64,000 bases of DNA from the human T2T-CHM13v2.0 reference genome, Homo sapiens. Both the position numbers and the translations under genes were made by a program. Location of the stretch: the NCBI RefSeq assembly GCF_009914755.1, contig NC_060928.1; one strand, 5' to 3'. The notes under the pieces were generated by a model. It was not told where the DNA came from. It did no database searches and saw only the letters and a list, made by a program, of their open reading frames with translations. Positions 28,150-42,305 of the stretch are shown piece by piece. Position 1 is the stretch's first letter, and each line of letters begins with the position of its first letter.

Positions 28150-30190
28150 CAAAAGGAAAAATTCAAGCAGTTATGGAAGGATACAAAGTAAAAAGTGAAA
28201 ATTCCCCTACTTTATTCCTTTCAACCACCCAGTGCCAAGCCCCATAGACAGCTAATGTTAACATGTATCTTTCAAATACCTTTACTATGCAGATATAAAC
28301 TTTAATTCTAACTTCAAAATATTTACTTAAATAAAATATCCATATTTTAATACAAGGTACCCTTTTTACTGATCATACCCTGCATATCTTTCTATAACAA
28401 ACAAAAACATATATCTAATTTTACTTAAACACTTAGGATATTCCACTTTTATCAGTGGTACTATAATACACGAGCTGCCTGACACAACATATATCCTTAA
28501 ACACTTAGGATATTCCACTTTTATCAGTGGTACTATAATACACTAGCTGCCTGACACAACATATATCTGCCCTTTCAAAACTTTTGCCACTACACACAAT
28601 GATACAACATTCTTTTACATATATCTTTGTGTAACCCCTGTGATAAATTATTTTAAGTGGTCCTGATAGACTAAAACACATGCATATTTAAAATTTTGAC
28701 AGTTACTGCTAAATTTCTTCTTAAAAAGTCACGTCAATTCACATTTCCACAATGTATGAGAGATTTCCCCACAACCTTGCCATTACTGATAAGTAAATTT
28801 TAAATCTTTGCCAGTCTTATGAATATAAAATAGTATCTTGCTTTAATTTGAATTTCTTCATTCATAAAGAAGAGTGAACATCCTTGCATGTATCCTGGCC
28901 ATTTTTATGTGTGTTATGAATTGTTTCTTGTATAACTTTACATATTTTTTAAGGGCTTATCTTTTATTAATTTATAAAAAAAAAACCTTTGGATTTTCAA
29001 GGACATTTGTCTTTTATCAAATATGTAGCAAATATCCACTCCCTTACCCCACAGCATGTTTTTTAGCTAAAGAAACTAAACAATTTCAGTCATTTAGTTA
29101 ACCTTTAGCATTTTAATTTTTATGTAGTCAAGTATATATACATATTTGGCTTTTGAAACTTGTGTCACATTTAGAAAGGTCCTCCCTATCCCAAAATCAC
29201 TGAAAATTCACTATTGTTTTCTTTATTTCTCTAGTTTTTTTTTTTTAATATTTGTGTATTTGGTCCATTCACAATTTTATTCTTGTATAAAAGTGCAGCA
29301 GTGATTGGCTTTATCTTTATCCAAACTACTAGCCAGTTATCCTGACATGCTGTAGAATAATCCATCTTTTCTCTCACTGATTTGAAAAACAAACTTTAAC
29401 ATATACTAAGTACACTTATATATTTGGGTTTTTTACTGAATCTCCATTCAATTTCACTGATCTAGTTCAGTGTCAGTACTAAACTATTTTAACAACTGTG
29501 GTTTTCATAAAACATTTCAATATTTGAGATGACGGGCTAGTTCCTTTACCCAATCCATAAATATTTTTCCCCTTGGAATTTTTTTTAACTGTTCTCACAT
29601 ATTTATCTCACTACACTTCAGAACTATTTTGTCATATTAGTGTTATCAGTATTGATTGAGATCACATTTAATTACAGTTGTCTTCATAAAGGGTCCTATA
29701 CAAATGCTTAGGCTTATTCCAAGCTATTTTATATATTACTTGCTATTATAAATTCCTATCTAATATATTTTATTGCTATTACAAATAGACCCTTTATAGG
29801 GTATTGCTTGAACATAAGAAAGCATCATGCTGAAATTTACTTTTAGTAATTTTCTTGTATATTTATTATACAACCATATTTTCAAAGAGTAAGTTGTCCT
29901 TCTTTTCAATATTAGTACATGGCTTTCATTTTTCAGATGATACTGGTTGACAATTCCAAATTCCAGAATCTCAAATATGAAACAATTGTGATGACAGTGG
30001 ACATTGCTAATAGGAATGTTCCAAATCCTAAGCATAATGATGCATTTTTATCGGAATTTCTTTTTAATGGGTTAAGAAAGTATCCATCTATTCCAATTTT
30101 AATAAAATTTTTAAAATCAGAAATAAGTGTTGAGTTTCATCAAATATTCTTTTATCATTTTGAGATCATTATAACGTAATTTCCTGTAAG
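28150..30190 (-). mobile_element. Highly diverged L1 (L1ME-like)
   Basis: T-rich antisense L1 ORF2/3' motifs (cacatttccacaatgtatgagag, atccatcttttctctcactgatttgaa); boundaries approximate. Confidence 0.55.
28424..28567. repeat. 72-bp tandem duplication, 2 copies, 1 mismatch
   Basis: 28424-28495 vs 28496-28567, differing at 28472 G / 28544 T. Confidence 0.92.
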
Positions 30191-30532
30191 TTGAGCAGTT
30201 CAGTCTACAAGGTCTGATGAAGTCCTGATGTTCTGCTCTAAAGAGTACTAGGAGACATCCAGTATGACCAAGATAAGGGAAAATATATAAAGCCAGATTA
30301 TTTGTAGTGAGTCAGGGTCTCACAATTTTGGTCAAAAACAGTGTCTGGCAGGCCCTCTTAGTTCCTGTTGCTGTTCCATGTTTCCAACCTATGTACTGGA
30401 AGAATGAAAAGTTTTGCCCACAAAGGTGAAGGTTCTCTGATTTTGCGTAGAACCAAACTTTGGGGAAAACAGACATAGACACTGTTATCTGAAATCACCA
30501 CCATATTTCCAATACCAGTTCAGTGATCCTAC

Positions 30533-32086
30533 TGAGAGGTGACAGCGTGCTGGCAGTCCTCACAGCCCTGGCTCACTCTCCGCGCCTCCTCTGCCTATGC
30601 TCCCACTTTGGCGGCACTTGAGGAGCCCTTCAGCCCACCGCTGCACTGTGGGAGCCCCTTTCTGGGCAGGCCAAGGCCAGAGCCGGCTCCCTCAGCTTGC
30701 AGAGAGGTGTGGAGGGAGAGGCGCGAGCGGGAACCGGGGCTGCGCGCGGCGCTTGCGGGCCAGCTGGAGTTCCGGGTGGGCATGGGCTTGGAGGGCCCCG
30801 CACTCAGAGCAGCCGGCCAGCCCTGCTGGCCCCCAGCAGTGAGGGGCTTAGCACCCGGGCCAGCAGCTGAGGAGGGTGAACTGGGTCCCCCAGCAGTGCC
30901 AGCCCAGCAGCACTGCGCTCGATTTCTCGCCGAGCCTTAGCTGCCTTCCTGCGGGGCAGGGCTCGGGACCTGCAGCCCGCCATGCCTGAGCCTTCCCCCG
31001 CCTCCGTGGGTTCCTGTGCAGCCCGAGCCTCCCGGACGAATACCACCCCCTGCTCCACGGCGCCGAGTCCCATCGACCACCCAAGGGCTGAGGAGTACGA
31101 GCGCATGGCGTGGGACTGGCAGGCAGCTCCACCTGCAGCCCCGGTGCAGTGCGGGATCCACTGGGTGAAGCCAGCTGGGCTCCTGAGTCTGGTGGGGATG
31201 TGGAGAGTCTCTATATCTAGCTCTGGGATTGTAAACACGCCAATCAGCACCCTGTGTTTAGCTCAAGGTTTGTAAGTGCACCAATCGACACTCTGTATCT
31301 AGCTGCTCTGGTGGGGCCTTGGAGAACCTTTATGTCTAGCTCAGGGATTGTAAATACACCAATCGGCACTCTGTATCTAGCTCAAGGTTTGTAAACACAC
31401 CAATCAGCACCCTGTGTTTAGCTCAAGGTTTGTGAATGCACCAATCGACACTCTGTATCTAGCTGCTCTGGTGGGGCCTTGGAGAACTGGTGTGTCAAAA
31501 CTCTGTATCTAACTAATCTGATGGGGACATGGAGAACCTTTGTATCTAGCTCAGGGATTGTAAACCCACCAATCAGCGCCCTGACAAAACAGGCCACTCG
31601 GCTCTACCAATCAGCAGGATGTGGGTGGGGCCAGATAAGAGAATAAAAGCAGGCTGCCCCAGCCAGCATTGGCAACCCGCTCGGGTCCCCTTCCACACCG
31701 TGGAAGCTTTGTTCTTTCGCTCTTTGCAATAAATCTTGCTACTGCTCACTCTTTGGGTCCACACTGCTTTTATGAGCCATAACACTCACCGCGAAGATCT
31801 GCAGCTTCACTCCTGAAGCCAGCGAGACCACGAGCCCACTGGGAGGAACAAACAACTCCAGACATGCCGCCTTAAGAGCTGTAACACTCACCGCGAAGGT
31901 CTGCAGCTTCACTCCTGAGCCAGCAAGACCACGAACCCACCAGAAGGAAGAAACTCCGAACACATCTGAACATCAGAAGGAACAAACTCCAGACGCACCA
32001 CCTTAAGAGCTGTAACACTCACCGCGAAGGTCTGCGGCTTCATTCTTGAAGTCAGTGAGACCAAGAACCTACCAATTCCGGACACA
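30533..32086 (+). mobile_element. LTR12C (ERV9) solo LTR in NAF1 intron 2
   Basis: Starts TGAGAGGTGACAGCGTGCTGGC, ends CCGGACACA; GC-rich U3, CCAAT-containing tandem repeats, AATAAA at 31642 and 31728; flanks CTAC/CTAG. Confidence 0.93.
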
Positions 32087-32459
32087 CTAGTACTCTGTAA
32101 TATAGGAACGTACAGTTTCCTGTGCATTCCTAAAAAAGGCCAGTGATGGCATTAAGTTGCCTCTTGATAGTAACAACTCTACCTATAAAAGTGATGCACA
32201 TGAAGTCTCGCCCCAAATACTCCACAAAACATAAAAGGTATATAAAAACTAAATAGTATATACAAAATATGTAAGAGGTAAGTGAAACCATCCTTGTATA
32301 ATTCCAGGTTAAGATCCTGTTATAGAGTCTGCCTTTGAAAGTACAGTTAAATGAAGCAGTATATATTAATTTTGAAAAAGGCACATATGTGGAGGTCTGA
32401 ATTAAGGGAAAACAGATCTATTTGTTTCTTTTAAATGAGCATGCTAAGAGAGGAGGACA

Positions 32460-32807
<348 letters not shown>

Positions 32808-33707
32808 TCAAACGCCAACAGGAAGGCACCCAAGAGATGTGCTTTCCATGAAAATTTTTGGCAGGTTCAGAGAGAACTTTAGAAGGTTCAAAGGGGATAG
32901 ATCTCTGAAAGGTACAAAAAGCGATTTCCTTTGGCAGCCATGTCAGACAAGGTAATATAAGATTTTTGTTTTGATGTATGAATGCCAAATGTCACCATCT
33001 CTTTTTCAACTAGCAAATTTAATCTACTGTATCACTACCAAGCCTAGTCATTCTTTATCAAACTATCCTGCTGCTTTGCTTTTTTCTAAACACATTGTTG
33101 TCCAATATTTCTGTATTTACTTAATGTCTATTTCTCTAACTACACAATAAATCCAACCATAACTAAGACCTTTTTAGTCCCAATCATAACGAGGACCCAG
33201 TCTTGCTCATTGCTATAGCACCCAAAAAGATGGCTAGCACATAGTAGGTATTTAGTATTAATATATATCTATTAGATGAACTAACCTACCTCTTCAGTCC
33301 AAGCTTAGCAAAAATCTCAAAAGTCAGTCTTTGTCTGAGCAGAAATCAGATAATGAAAATATAACCCGATATAGAATCCTCAAAGAATGAAAAAGACTTG
33401 AACCTAATCTTCTCAAAAATAAAATTTAAAAGCCAGGCTTCCAAGGAAGCTTAACTGCCTAGGATTGATGCATAGGTACCTCTGGGTTGCAGTAGCAAAC
33501 ATTATTACAATTATTAGATTAACACTTGGCTCCCTGAAAACACACCTGCTGCCCCTCCTAAGATAATGAATAAATCTCCTCAGATATAAAATCTCCTTTA
33601 AGGAAATAAAAATCAATCACTTTGCTTTTCCACGTTTCAGGGAAGGGTGTATATGTGTGACAGAGAAGAGAAACACAGACACACTCCAATAAAGGGGAAA
33701 ATACGGC

Positions 33708-34399
33708 CAGAAAACATACTGTGGGACATTACCACTCTGGCAGTGCACAGAAGATACAAAGAATTAGATGTAAAAGGCATACTAATAAACTAAAAAAATT
33801 GAAGGTAGAGGTGATAGGAAAGGCCTGGGATAGAAAGACCTTCTTCATCACACATAAGCAACAACCAAGGGTACTAAAAATAAAAGACAAGGTGATTTAG
33901 TGCAGATTAGAAAGATTAAAGTATCTGCCTGGATACCAACAACCCCTGTTAAAAGAATGATGAGTAGATAGGAAAGACTTTTTGTTTTATTTACTCAATA
34001 TTAGATACAAATTTAAATTTAATTAAAATTAAATAAAATTTAAAATTTGGTCTCAGAAAACATACTGTGGGACATTACCACTCTGGCAGTGCACAGAAGA
34101 TACAAAGAATTAGATGTAAAAGGCATACTAATAAACTAAAAAAATTGAAGGTAGAGGTGATAGGAAAGGCCTGGGATAGAAAGACCTTCTTCATCACACA
34201 TAAGCAACAACCAAGGGTACTAAAAATAAAAGACAAGGTGATTTAGTGCAGATTAGAAAGATTAAAGTATCTGCCTGGATACCAACAACCCCTGTTAAAA
34301 GAATGATGAGTAGATAGGAAAGACTTTTTGTTTTGTTTACTCAATATTAGATACAAATTTAAATTTAATTAAAATTAAATAAAATTTAAAATTTGGTCT
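33708..34399. repeat. 346-bp tandem duplication, 2 copies, 1 mismatch
   Basis: 33708-34053 vs 34054-34399, differing only at 33989 A / 34335 G by eye. Confidence 0.95.
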
Positions 34400-34483
34400 T
34401 CAGTCACACTGGCCACATTTCAAGTAAGACAGCACAATATGGACATCCCCAACACTGTAGAAAGCTCTATTACACAGCACTGC
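34355..34483 (-). mobile_element. MER3-like hAT MITE fragment
   Basis: aatttaaatttaattaaaattaaataaaattt...cagtcacactggccacatttcaagt...tagaaagctctattacacagcactg. Confidence 0.65.
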
Positions 34484-37400
34484 TTTACATTCTCACACAT
34501 CAAAAAAGCCCTCCATTACAAAACATATTCCCAGGCATTAACAATATCAATTTATTTCTGGCCATTAACACAGGTATAATTTTAAGACCACATTTTAACA
34601 GCATGCACCATATTACTAATGAAGTCTTAATGCTAACCTGAATACTCTACTTGGAAATGGAGATTTGTGATAAATCTATATTTTAATTTCATTGTTTCCC
34701 AAAATTAAAATGCAACTAAAAGCCTGTTCTGGATGTACATTATCTGCCATTAGAAATAACTATTTTATCATACAAATGAAATTTTTGTAAATGTTTACTA
34801 ACAAAAAATCAAAGAACAGCAAAAAGTTTTTCTGGACTCATTTATTCAATACTTCTACACATAACAAAGAGTAGGAAAGGAAAGGAAGAAAACTATTTCA
34901 TTCACATCATTAGCAAATGAAAAGCTTGCATGGAAATAAACATCCCCAAACACCACAGCATTTCGCAAATGAACTACTAAAATTCAACATACTAAAGAAG
35001 CTCCACCATTTATTTCCCACACACTACACAGTTCCAAGTCAAAAGCTTTATTGAGAGGCAATATAATCCAAGCAAATACAATTTTAAAAAGCTTACATTA
35101 GATGATACATTCATCCTTCACTTTGAGAAAATATGCTACATGATTATTCAGAAACCAAATAATGAGAAAGTCCAAACGACCAGATTCCAACGTTGCTATG
35201 CAGGTCTCCACAAATACTAAAAACACAGCAGTTTGGAATGTATCTATTACCAGTTCAGATCTGCTCCTCCCCACTAATATGACTTCAGACAAGTCTCTTT
35301 CTTTCTGGTTTCATTTTTCTTACCTACGAATAGTAAGGAAACTGAGCACAAGTTCTAAACAGTTACACAAATGGCTAACGACAATTTAAATGTCCAACTG
35401 CATGTAATCAAAAAGACAACACATTAATACAGAAATTATATACTAGATCCCAATAAAAAAATTACTGTGCTTCTGTGATAACAGATACTCGTAACGATGG
35501 CATTAAAGAAATGCAAGATCCTAACCACACTTCTGGAATATCCATGAAAGAGCAATTATTGTCTGTTTTGTAAGATTATTATATTTTAATTTTCTAACAT
35601 CTGTATGGTCTACAAGGTTATTCAGTTAAGCAAAATATTCAAAAGAGTACCACATAACATTAAAAATCCATCCTATTAAAAATGAGGTTATAGACATACC
35701 AGTCAAAAAATGGGTGCCTAAAACTTTCAATGCAAAAATGGAAGAAGCTAATATGTCAAAAGTGGCCCTCTGAAAAGGTAACATTTATAATTTACAACAC
35801 TGTTGACTTTTCAAGCATTTGTGAAGGCTTATTGAGCAAAAAAGAGTATCAGTAAATTGATGACTTTCTAAAGTAAAATTATATAAAGAACTTTCAGTAG
35901 GATTTTCACTCACAAATATGGAAAAAGGACAACAGAGGTTGGTGGGAGAAGGAATCAAACATTCCAAATGAAAACTAAACCTTTTTGGTGTCAGTTTGGG
36001 GAGAATTGAGAAAAGTGAGGAAGGTGGGATGAAATTATCTAACCACTTTTCTCATATTACCCAACACAGGACATGCACGTGGCAGCCAATTACCTGATGC
36101 TATTAGGTGAGCCTTCACTTTTCAGATATGGTTGGAAAGTAGGATCCAATCCCTGGAGTACTGAGAGCCATGACTGAATTTTTTTTTTCTCTATAGCTGG
36201 TAAAACATATTGGAAAAAGAATGGATTAGGTCTGTACACTTTGTGTCAACTATGACCATACTTAACATGTATTCTAATTCATTAACTTCTTCAGGGGAAG
36301 TAATTTTACAAGTTTCCATGAAACTCAGCTATTTATCACCAGTAAGCATTAGTCCCCTCATTAATTACCCTATTGTGTATGACACTAAACTTAAGACTCA
36401 GACAAGTCAATTAAAAAATGAGGGTCAACATTTCTTTGAAGTGTCTTGATATTTTTCTTTTTTAAATGAATACATTATTATCCTGTTTTTCTCTAAAATT
36501 ACTGTTAAGAGAAACAAAGTTCATAATACTTTCAAAATTTAATTTGCTTAAATATAAAACTATAGTCCATCTCAATAAGAAACCTCCAACAATGAATATA
36601 ACTTTAAGCCTATCTTTCATGTTAATTGAGTGCATATTTCATCAACTTTAAGACACTGATTTTATATCACTAAGATAAAAAGACTGCCAAATAATTGTAA
36701 AATGCCACAGAGTATTAGCCTAAATTTTTCAGAAATCCTTATTACCTCCCCTTCCACTCAATCCTATCACTTCTTATGTGCAGTACACCATTCATCTGAC
36801 ATTCAACCATTAACTCTCTGGTGCTACTTTGCTTTCAGCTAAAGTGTATATGCTCATTCTCTAGTTCCATTGCTCTTTAACAGATATTTGTCTTTATCTT
36901 CTAAAGCAATCAGCAGAATTCACTTATTAGAAACTACTGAGGAATGGGGGAATCTAAACAATTGAATGTTTCTGTGTAATAATAATTATATATGTATATA
37001 CACAGGACATAAATGGATACTCTACTGAATAAAACAGTATTTATTTCATGTTTATGAAATCATTCATGCCTCATGTAAGCTTTATTGAAATATTCTGTAA
37101 GATATAAAACTTTAATTTAAAAAACCCTGAGTATTAATTATTTTTGAAGAACACTAGTGAATATTAATGAAAAATGATCTTAAGTATACAAACCATTGCT
37201 TAAATAACAAGCACTTTGGGAAGAATGTTAATAAGTGCTATCAAAGTGTATTCTAAAATAGAATTTAATAGTTCCAAATATACATATAGTAATAAAAACC
37301 TAAGTTAAAAGAGGCCTGCATTCAGGACAAAATTTATAAACCAACTTATGCCTAGAAAACAATATATTCAATTGATAATTACTAAGTGTAGACCAAGATG

Positions 37401-39059
37401 CAATACAATTTCATATATGATGGGAGATCAAACAGGCATGAAATATTCTACTGCAACTTCCAACCACTTGAGTGGTCCAGATATTTCCATACATTCACGT
37501 TAGGACATTTTAGAATGTGTCCACACTGCCACAATCAGGAGAATAGAGTGTACTCAACCTAACTACCAAACGTACTTATTTTATAAAATAAGCAGTCACC
37601 AAAGTATGACAGCTAAATTTCCCCCAAAATTGCCAATAAGCATTAATTTTTTTCTTGGTCATGCTACATTATATGCCTAAAGACACATTATTATCCCTAC
37701 TGAAGTATTATCCATTTCTTATCTCCATAAACATTGTGCTAATAATTTTTAAATGTTATGTGAAGCCTTTCAGGTTTTCAGAAAACAATGGGCACTAATT
37801 TATAAAACTCATTTCTGATTAAGACTTTAAAAATTATAATCCCAAATATTTTTATGACCCTACATTTTTAATTACACTTGATACATTTGAATGAAGAGTT
37901 CAGAGCATCAACTGCTGATAAAATTGTTTAAAAAGAATCTCAATTTTCCAATTCATCAAAACACTAAATACATCCTATGTGGCTCAACGTAGTTCCAAAG
38001 CTGTAATATGTATGCTGCTTACAGTGACTGTGTAGGTTATATATAAACCTTCTGAGCATTAAAAAAGAATTTATGTTTAAAAGAATAATTTTATCTAGTT
38101 AAACTTATTAATTGTGACATTATGAAGAGAGCCACTTAAGACTCTCCTTTTTCATTGCCACTATAGCTCGCTAATTCCTCTTTTATTCTCTTCCCCCTTA
38201 ACGTACCCTCACATTAAAAAACAAAAACAAAAACAAAAACAAAAAACTGGGTTATAACCACATCTTGGGATGGCAAGATTTGGTTATAACCTAATTTTAA
38301 AAATTATATCTTTCTAAGGTTTAAGAACAATCATAAAGTTATTTCACTGTAGTTCTCATCTACCTAAAGATCTGCATTGTACATAGTTAGATCGCAGAGA
38401 TCGAACAACCCACAATGGAAAGATTTAAAGGGATAGATCCAGAGAGGCGACATTCCTGCTTGAAGCACAGACTAAATGGAGGTAAAAATTAAGCTAAGCA
38501 TGCCTGAGTGACAATAGGAAACTGCTAGAAAACTCTTTAGAAAGTGGTTGGACATAAAATTGGGTTAAACTGGGCTAAATTGGGCATGTCTATGTCCAGA
38601 TCCCTGAAGGTCCAGCACAAATTCTAAAATTGGTTTTAACTGTTTGGCACACTTTAATTTGTGTATATCTTTTGGCAGAAAAGTTCATTAATTTTCTTCA
38701 GAATTTCATTAGATAGTTAATAGACCACATAGAGCTTGAAGCTCCATCTAGCTAAGATACACAACCTCTGCTGCCTAAAAGTCTAAGTGACATATCAAGA
38801 GGCCTGAACAAAATGGCACATACCACACAAGCTAGGAATAGTTGTGGAGAGGAGATGCTTCCCAGAAAGAATGGACTGTCATTTTCCAAAAAAAAAAAAA
38901 AAAAAAAAATCTAAGCTAAATAACAGAATTGTCCCAAAAGCAAGCAAGGAAATACAACACTAATTAGCCAGTTCATGGGACACTGAAAGCAAAAGATGCC
39001 ATTTTTAGAGCCAGAGATACTGAAATCCATGTATAAGCTAGAATTAAAAAGATCAATCT

Positions 39060-39370
39060 GTCCAGGCACGGTGGCTCACGCCTGTAATCCCAGCACTTTG
39101 GGAGGCCGAGGCAGGTGGATCACCTGAGGTAAGAAGTTTGAGACAAGCCTGGCCAACATGGCAAAACCCTGTCTCTACTAAAAATAAAAAAATTAGCAAG
39201 GCGTGGTGGTGGGCGCTTGTAATTCCAGTTACTTGGGAGGCTGAGGCAGAAGAATAGCTTGAGCCCAGGAGGTGGAGGTTACAGTGAGTCGAGATCGGCC
39301 ACTGGGCTCCGGCCTGGGCGACAAGAGCGAAACTCTGTCCCCCCTCACCAAAAAAAAAAACCAAAAAACA
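39060..39370 (+). mobile_element. Alu (AluS-like)
   Basis: Full dimer with poly-A tail. Confidence 0.92.
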
Positions 39371-41668
39371 AATCTATAGATAAACAGAGGAAGCCAACCA
39401 ATAATGAAAGAATAAAATGCCAGAGAACTGTGAGACTATCCAGAGGCATGTAAAAGAAACAGTGTGACTAGCCTTCACAGCTGCCTTAGTTCCCAGCTGC
39501 TTTCGAATAAACTTCCATTTCTCCTGAGGTAATATGAGTCTCTGCTCCTCCTAACAATGAGTCCAACATAAGTCGTACATGATATCACTTCCAAGTATTT
39601 CCCTTTCCCTCTAGTGAGTATAATCCGTTGTTACTGTCTGCCCAGCATCCCCTTTTGGAATGGATATAAGCTCCCTTTCCTGTGAAAGATAAACCATTCC
39701 ATGTGGTTTATATAGGGCTGATATTACACCCAACATCCCACCCTCCTCACAATACATACACATTCACACTCCCTTTCTGTCAACTGGCTGTTACGCACTC
39801 CCACCCTCTCGCACTAGCCCATGTGCTCTTTCAAGTGTTCATTTTCCTACACATGCTCTCCTCACTCTCTCCTACACACTCGCCTACACAAACAGGAGTG
39901 ACTATGTGACTCACAGCCAAGCAATCTGAATACCCATTCCACTAGCCTCAATGATCTGTTCAAGGCTGTGTTAACAGACCATAAGCCAGCAAAAGTCAAC
40001 TCCAAGACTTTCATGCAAGAGTCTATCAGTGGTAAAACTGCCAGCCCTGAGAAACGGACAAAGAGGCAGACTCCTAAACACACTACATACCTGTAACTAT
40101 ACACTATCCTTAGTACTCAGGACAAAGTCATTCTTTTCCCCCAAACTTAAGATTTGAAACCCCGAAGAAGTCCTTATATCTTCTTTCAGACCTGTAAGCC
40201 AGAGATTTAGGGCAGACTGGGAAACTCATCAATTCCTCTACCTATCTCTAGCAGCACAGTGGTCTGAAGGACTTCTAATAAGTTTCCCAAATAAAGACTA
40301 TAATTGCCTCTTCCATCATTCCCAAAGATCCATTGAAATGGTCACAGAGAGGAACAGACCAACCCATCATTCCAAGTTTGAAAATCTAATAACATTCAAA
40401 TGGAATTTTGTCTTTCGAGGCAAACATACACTTACACAATTCAATAGCATTTTTAGCAATTAAATTTATTTGTCTCCACTTTATTTACTGTCTGTGTCTC
40501 TCCATTAGACACTATGAGAGCAGAAACTGGACTGGTCTTGTTTACAGCACCTGGCAAATGGCAGGTGTGCTATAATAATTTCTTAAAGAATTAATAAATA
40601 TAAAATGCCTATTCACACACTCATTCTATAATCATGTATTACTTTGGCCTGAGAACCCATTATCTATAAAGCACTCCACTGGGGACTATGGGAATTACAA
40701 GGATCACATATGAACTCAGTCCTCAAAGAACTTGTTCTTGGACTCCTTGTGGCCACAAATCCTTTTTGATCTTCTGATGAAAACAGGGACATTCTGTTCA
40801 GAAAAATACCTAAACAAATATGCTAAGACTTTGCATTAAATTGGAAGAAATTCCCAAGGTAAGAATTGCAAATCTAGTAAGACAATGATATGTATGCATT
40901 TACAGAAGTACTGTGGTCTTTTCTTTGTTCGTTATTATATTCTAATAAGGAAATTATGTAGAAAAATGATCAAGAGACAAGCAAGAAAGACCAAACAAGT
41001 CTCCTACTTTCAGAAAATAGTTATGCTGGGAGCCTTTGTGTACAAAGACCACTAAGAAATATTAACATATCTGTAGCATGAAAATATGAGCCACTGATGA
41101 AGCTGCATACAAATCCAAAGGTCTTCAAGTTATAAAGCATAAGCGAGACGAGAATTTCTTGTTATGAGTAGAGAAAAAGAGAAATAATTCAGACTGGCAG
41201 AATCCATTCATGAAAAAGGCTCCTGAGTGCCTGTAGGCTTTAATTTATTTTTTCAAATCTTGCATTAAACTATCTCATCAATTTAAGTGTTATATAAGAA
41301 TTATGATTAGTGACCATTAAATATTTTTAAAGCATTAATAATTAAAACTACATGCAGGGGTAGAAAAAAAACAATGTGATAATATGGCCTACATTCTGAA
41401 ATTCTGAGAAGGCTTTCCTCTTGGGTCATAGGTTTCAATCAGACTAACATCATCCTCCTAAGGATGTTTACAGCATAAGAGGAAATAACCTTGCAAGAGT
41501 TAACTTTGCAAACCAAACCTATCGAGTGCCAATAAATACCATTCTACAATTAACAAGTTTTCTCCAACTGTAATAATAAAAACACTCCAAAAACTTCAAT
41601 AGGAATCCTAACAAGTTCAACCCTCTGAATTTCATCTTCTACTTCTCTAAATGCAGTCAATTAAAAAG

Positions 41669-41782
41669 TCAATTGCTATTGAGCAAAATTTTCTGACGTG
41701 CAGACCAAAAAAATTGATTTCAATTGCTATTGAAATTTCAATTGCTATTGAGCAAAATTTTCTGATGTGCAGACCAAAAAAA
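41669..41782. repeat. Complex local duplication (45-bp unit x2 plus a partial copy)
   Basis: TCAATTGCTATTGAGCAAAATTTTCTGAyGTGCAGACCAAAAAAA at 41669 and 41738; partial copy at 41720. Confidence 0.88.
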
Positions 41783-42085
41783 AAAGCAAATCTACATAAG
41801 AAATATCTTCTTCTAGGGAATGTAAAAAATGTAAAGTTCAAAGCTGAAGTTGATGCCATAATCGGAACAATTATCAAAGGTCAGCAGAGTTAGAAGCAAC
41901 CTAAGAAATTATCCAGATCACTACTCTCTTTTACATAAGAAAGCCAAGGCATACCAAAAGCATGCCTATTAGGCTGAGAATAAATTTCAAATTTATGGAG
42001 CAGATATAGGCAAAATTAGATCAATACTGGTACCAGAATACGTTTTAAAACATGCAAACTAAGCTTAATAAATCTAAGTACTTAC

Positions 42086-42260
42086 ATTAAGAAGTAATTC
42101 ATCTTTTGTTTTAAGAGGAAAATTCTTATTTTCCTTCTCAATTTGTAAATCATCATCTCCATCTGACAGCACTGGAGGAAGTGATATACAAGAGGAAGAA
42201 GACGACGATGAGGAAGATGAAGAGGAAGACGATGAACTTGAACTATCTGAATCTGTTTCA
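42086..42260 (-). CDS. NAF1: NAF1 coding exon 2 (175 nt, poly-Ser/acidic region)
   Basis: Acceptor ttccctacAG, donor AAT|GTAAGT; continues the frame as SETDSD(poly-Ser)CISLPPVLSDGDDDLQIEKENKNFPLKTKDELLLN. Confidence 0.96.
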
Positions 42261-42305
42261 CTGTAGGGAAGAAAACAGTTAAAAAAATAGTCCAGTATTA
42301 TTATA

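Noticed and set aside
30539-31275. Cluster of overlapping 60-150 aa ORFs
   Set aside because: Expected from the GC-rich, stop-poor LTR12 U3 region
31210-32040. Regularly spaced repeats resembling a CRISPR-like array
   Set aside because: These are the ordinary U3 enhancer and U5 tandem repeats of LTR12; no unique spacers and the context is eukaryotic
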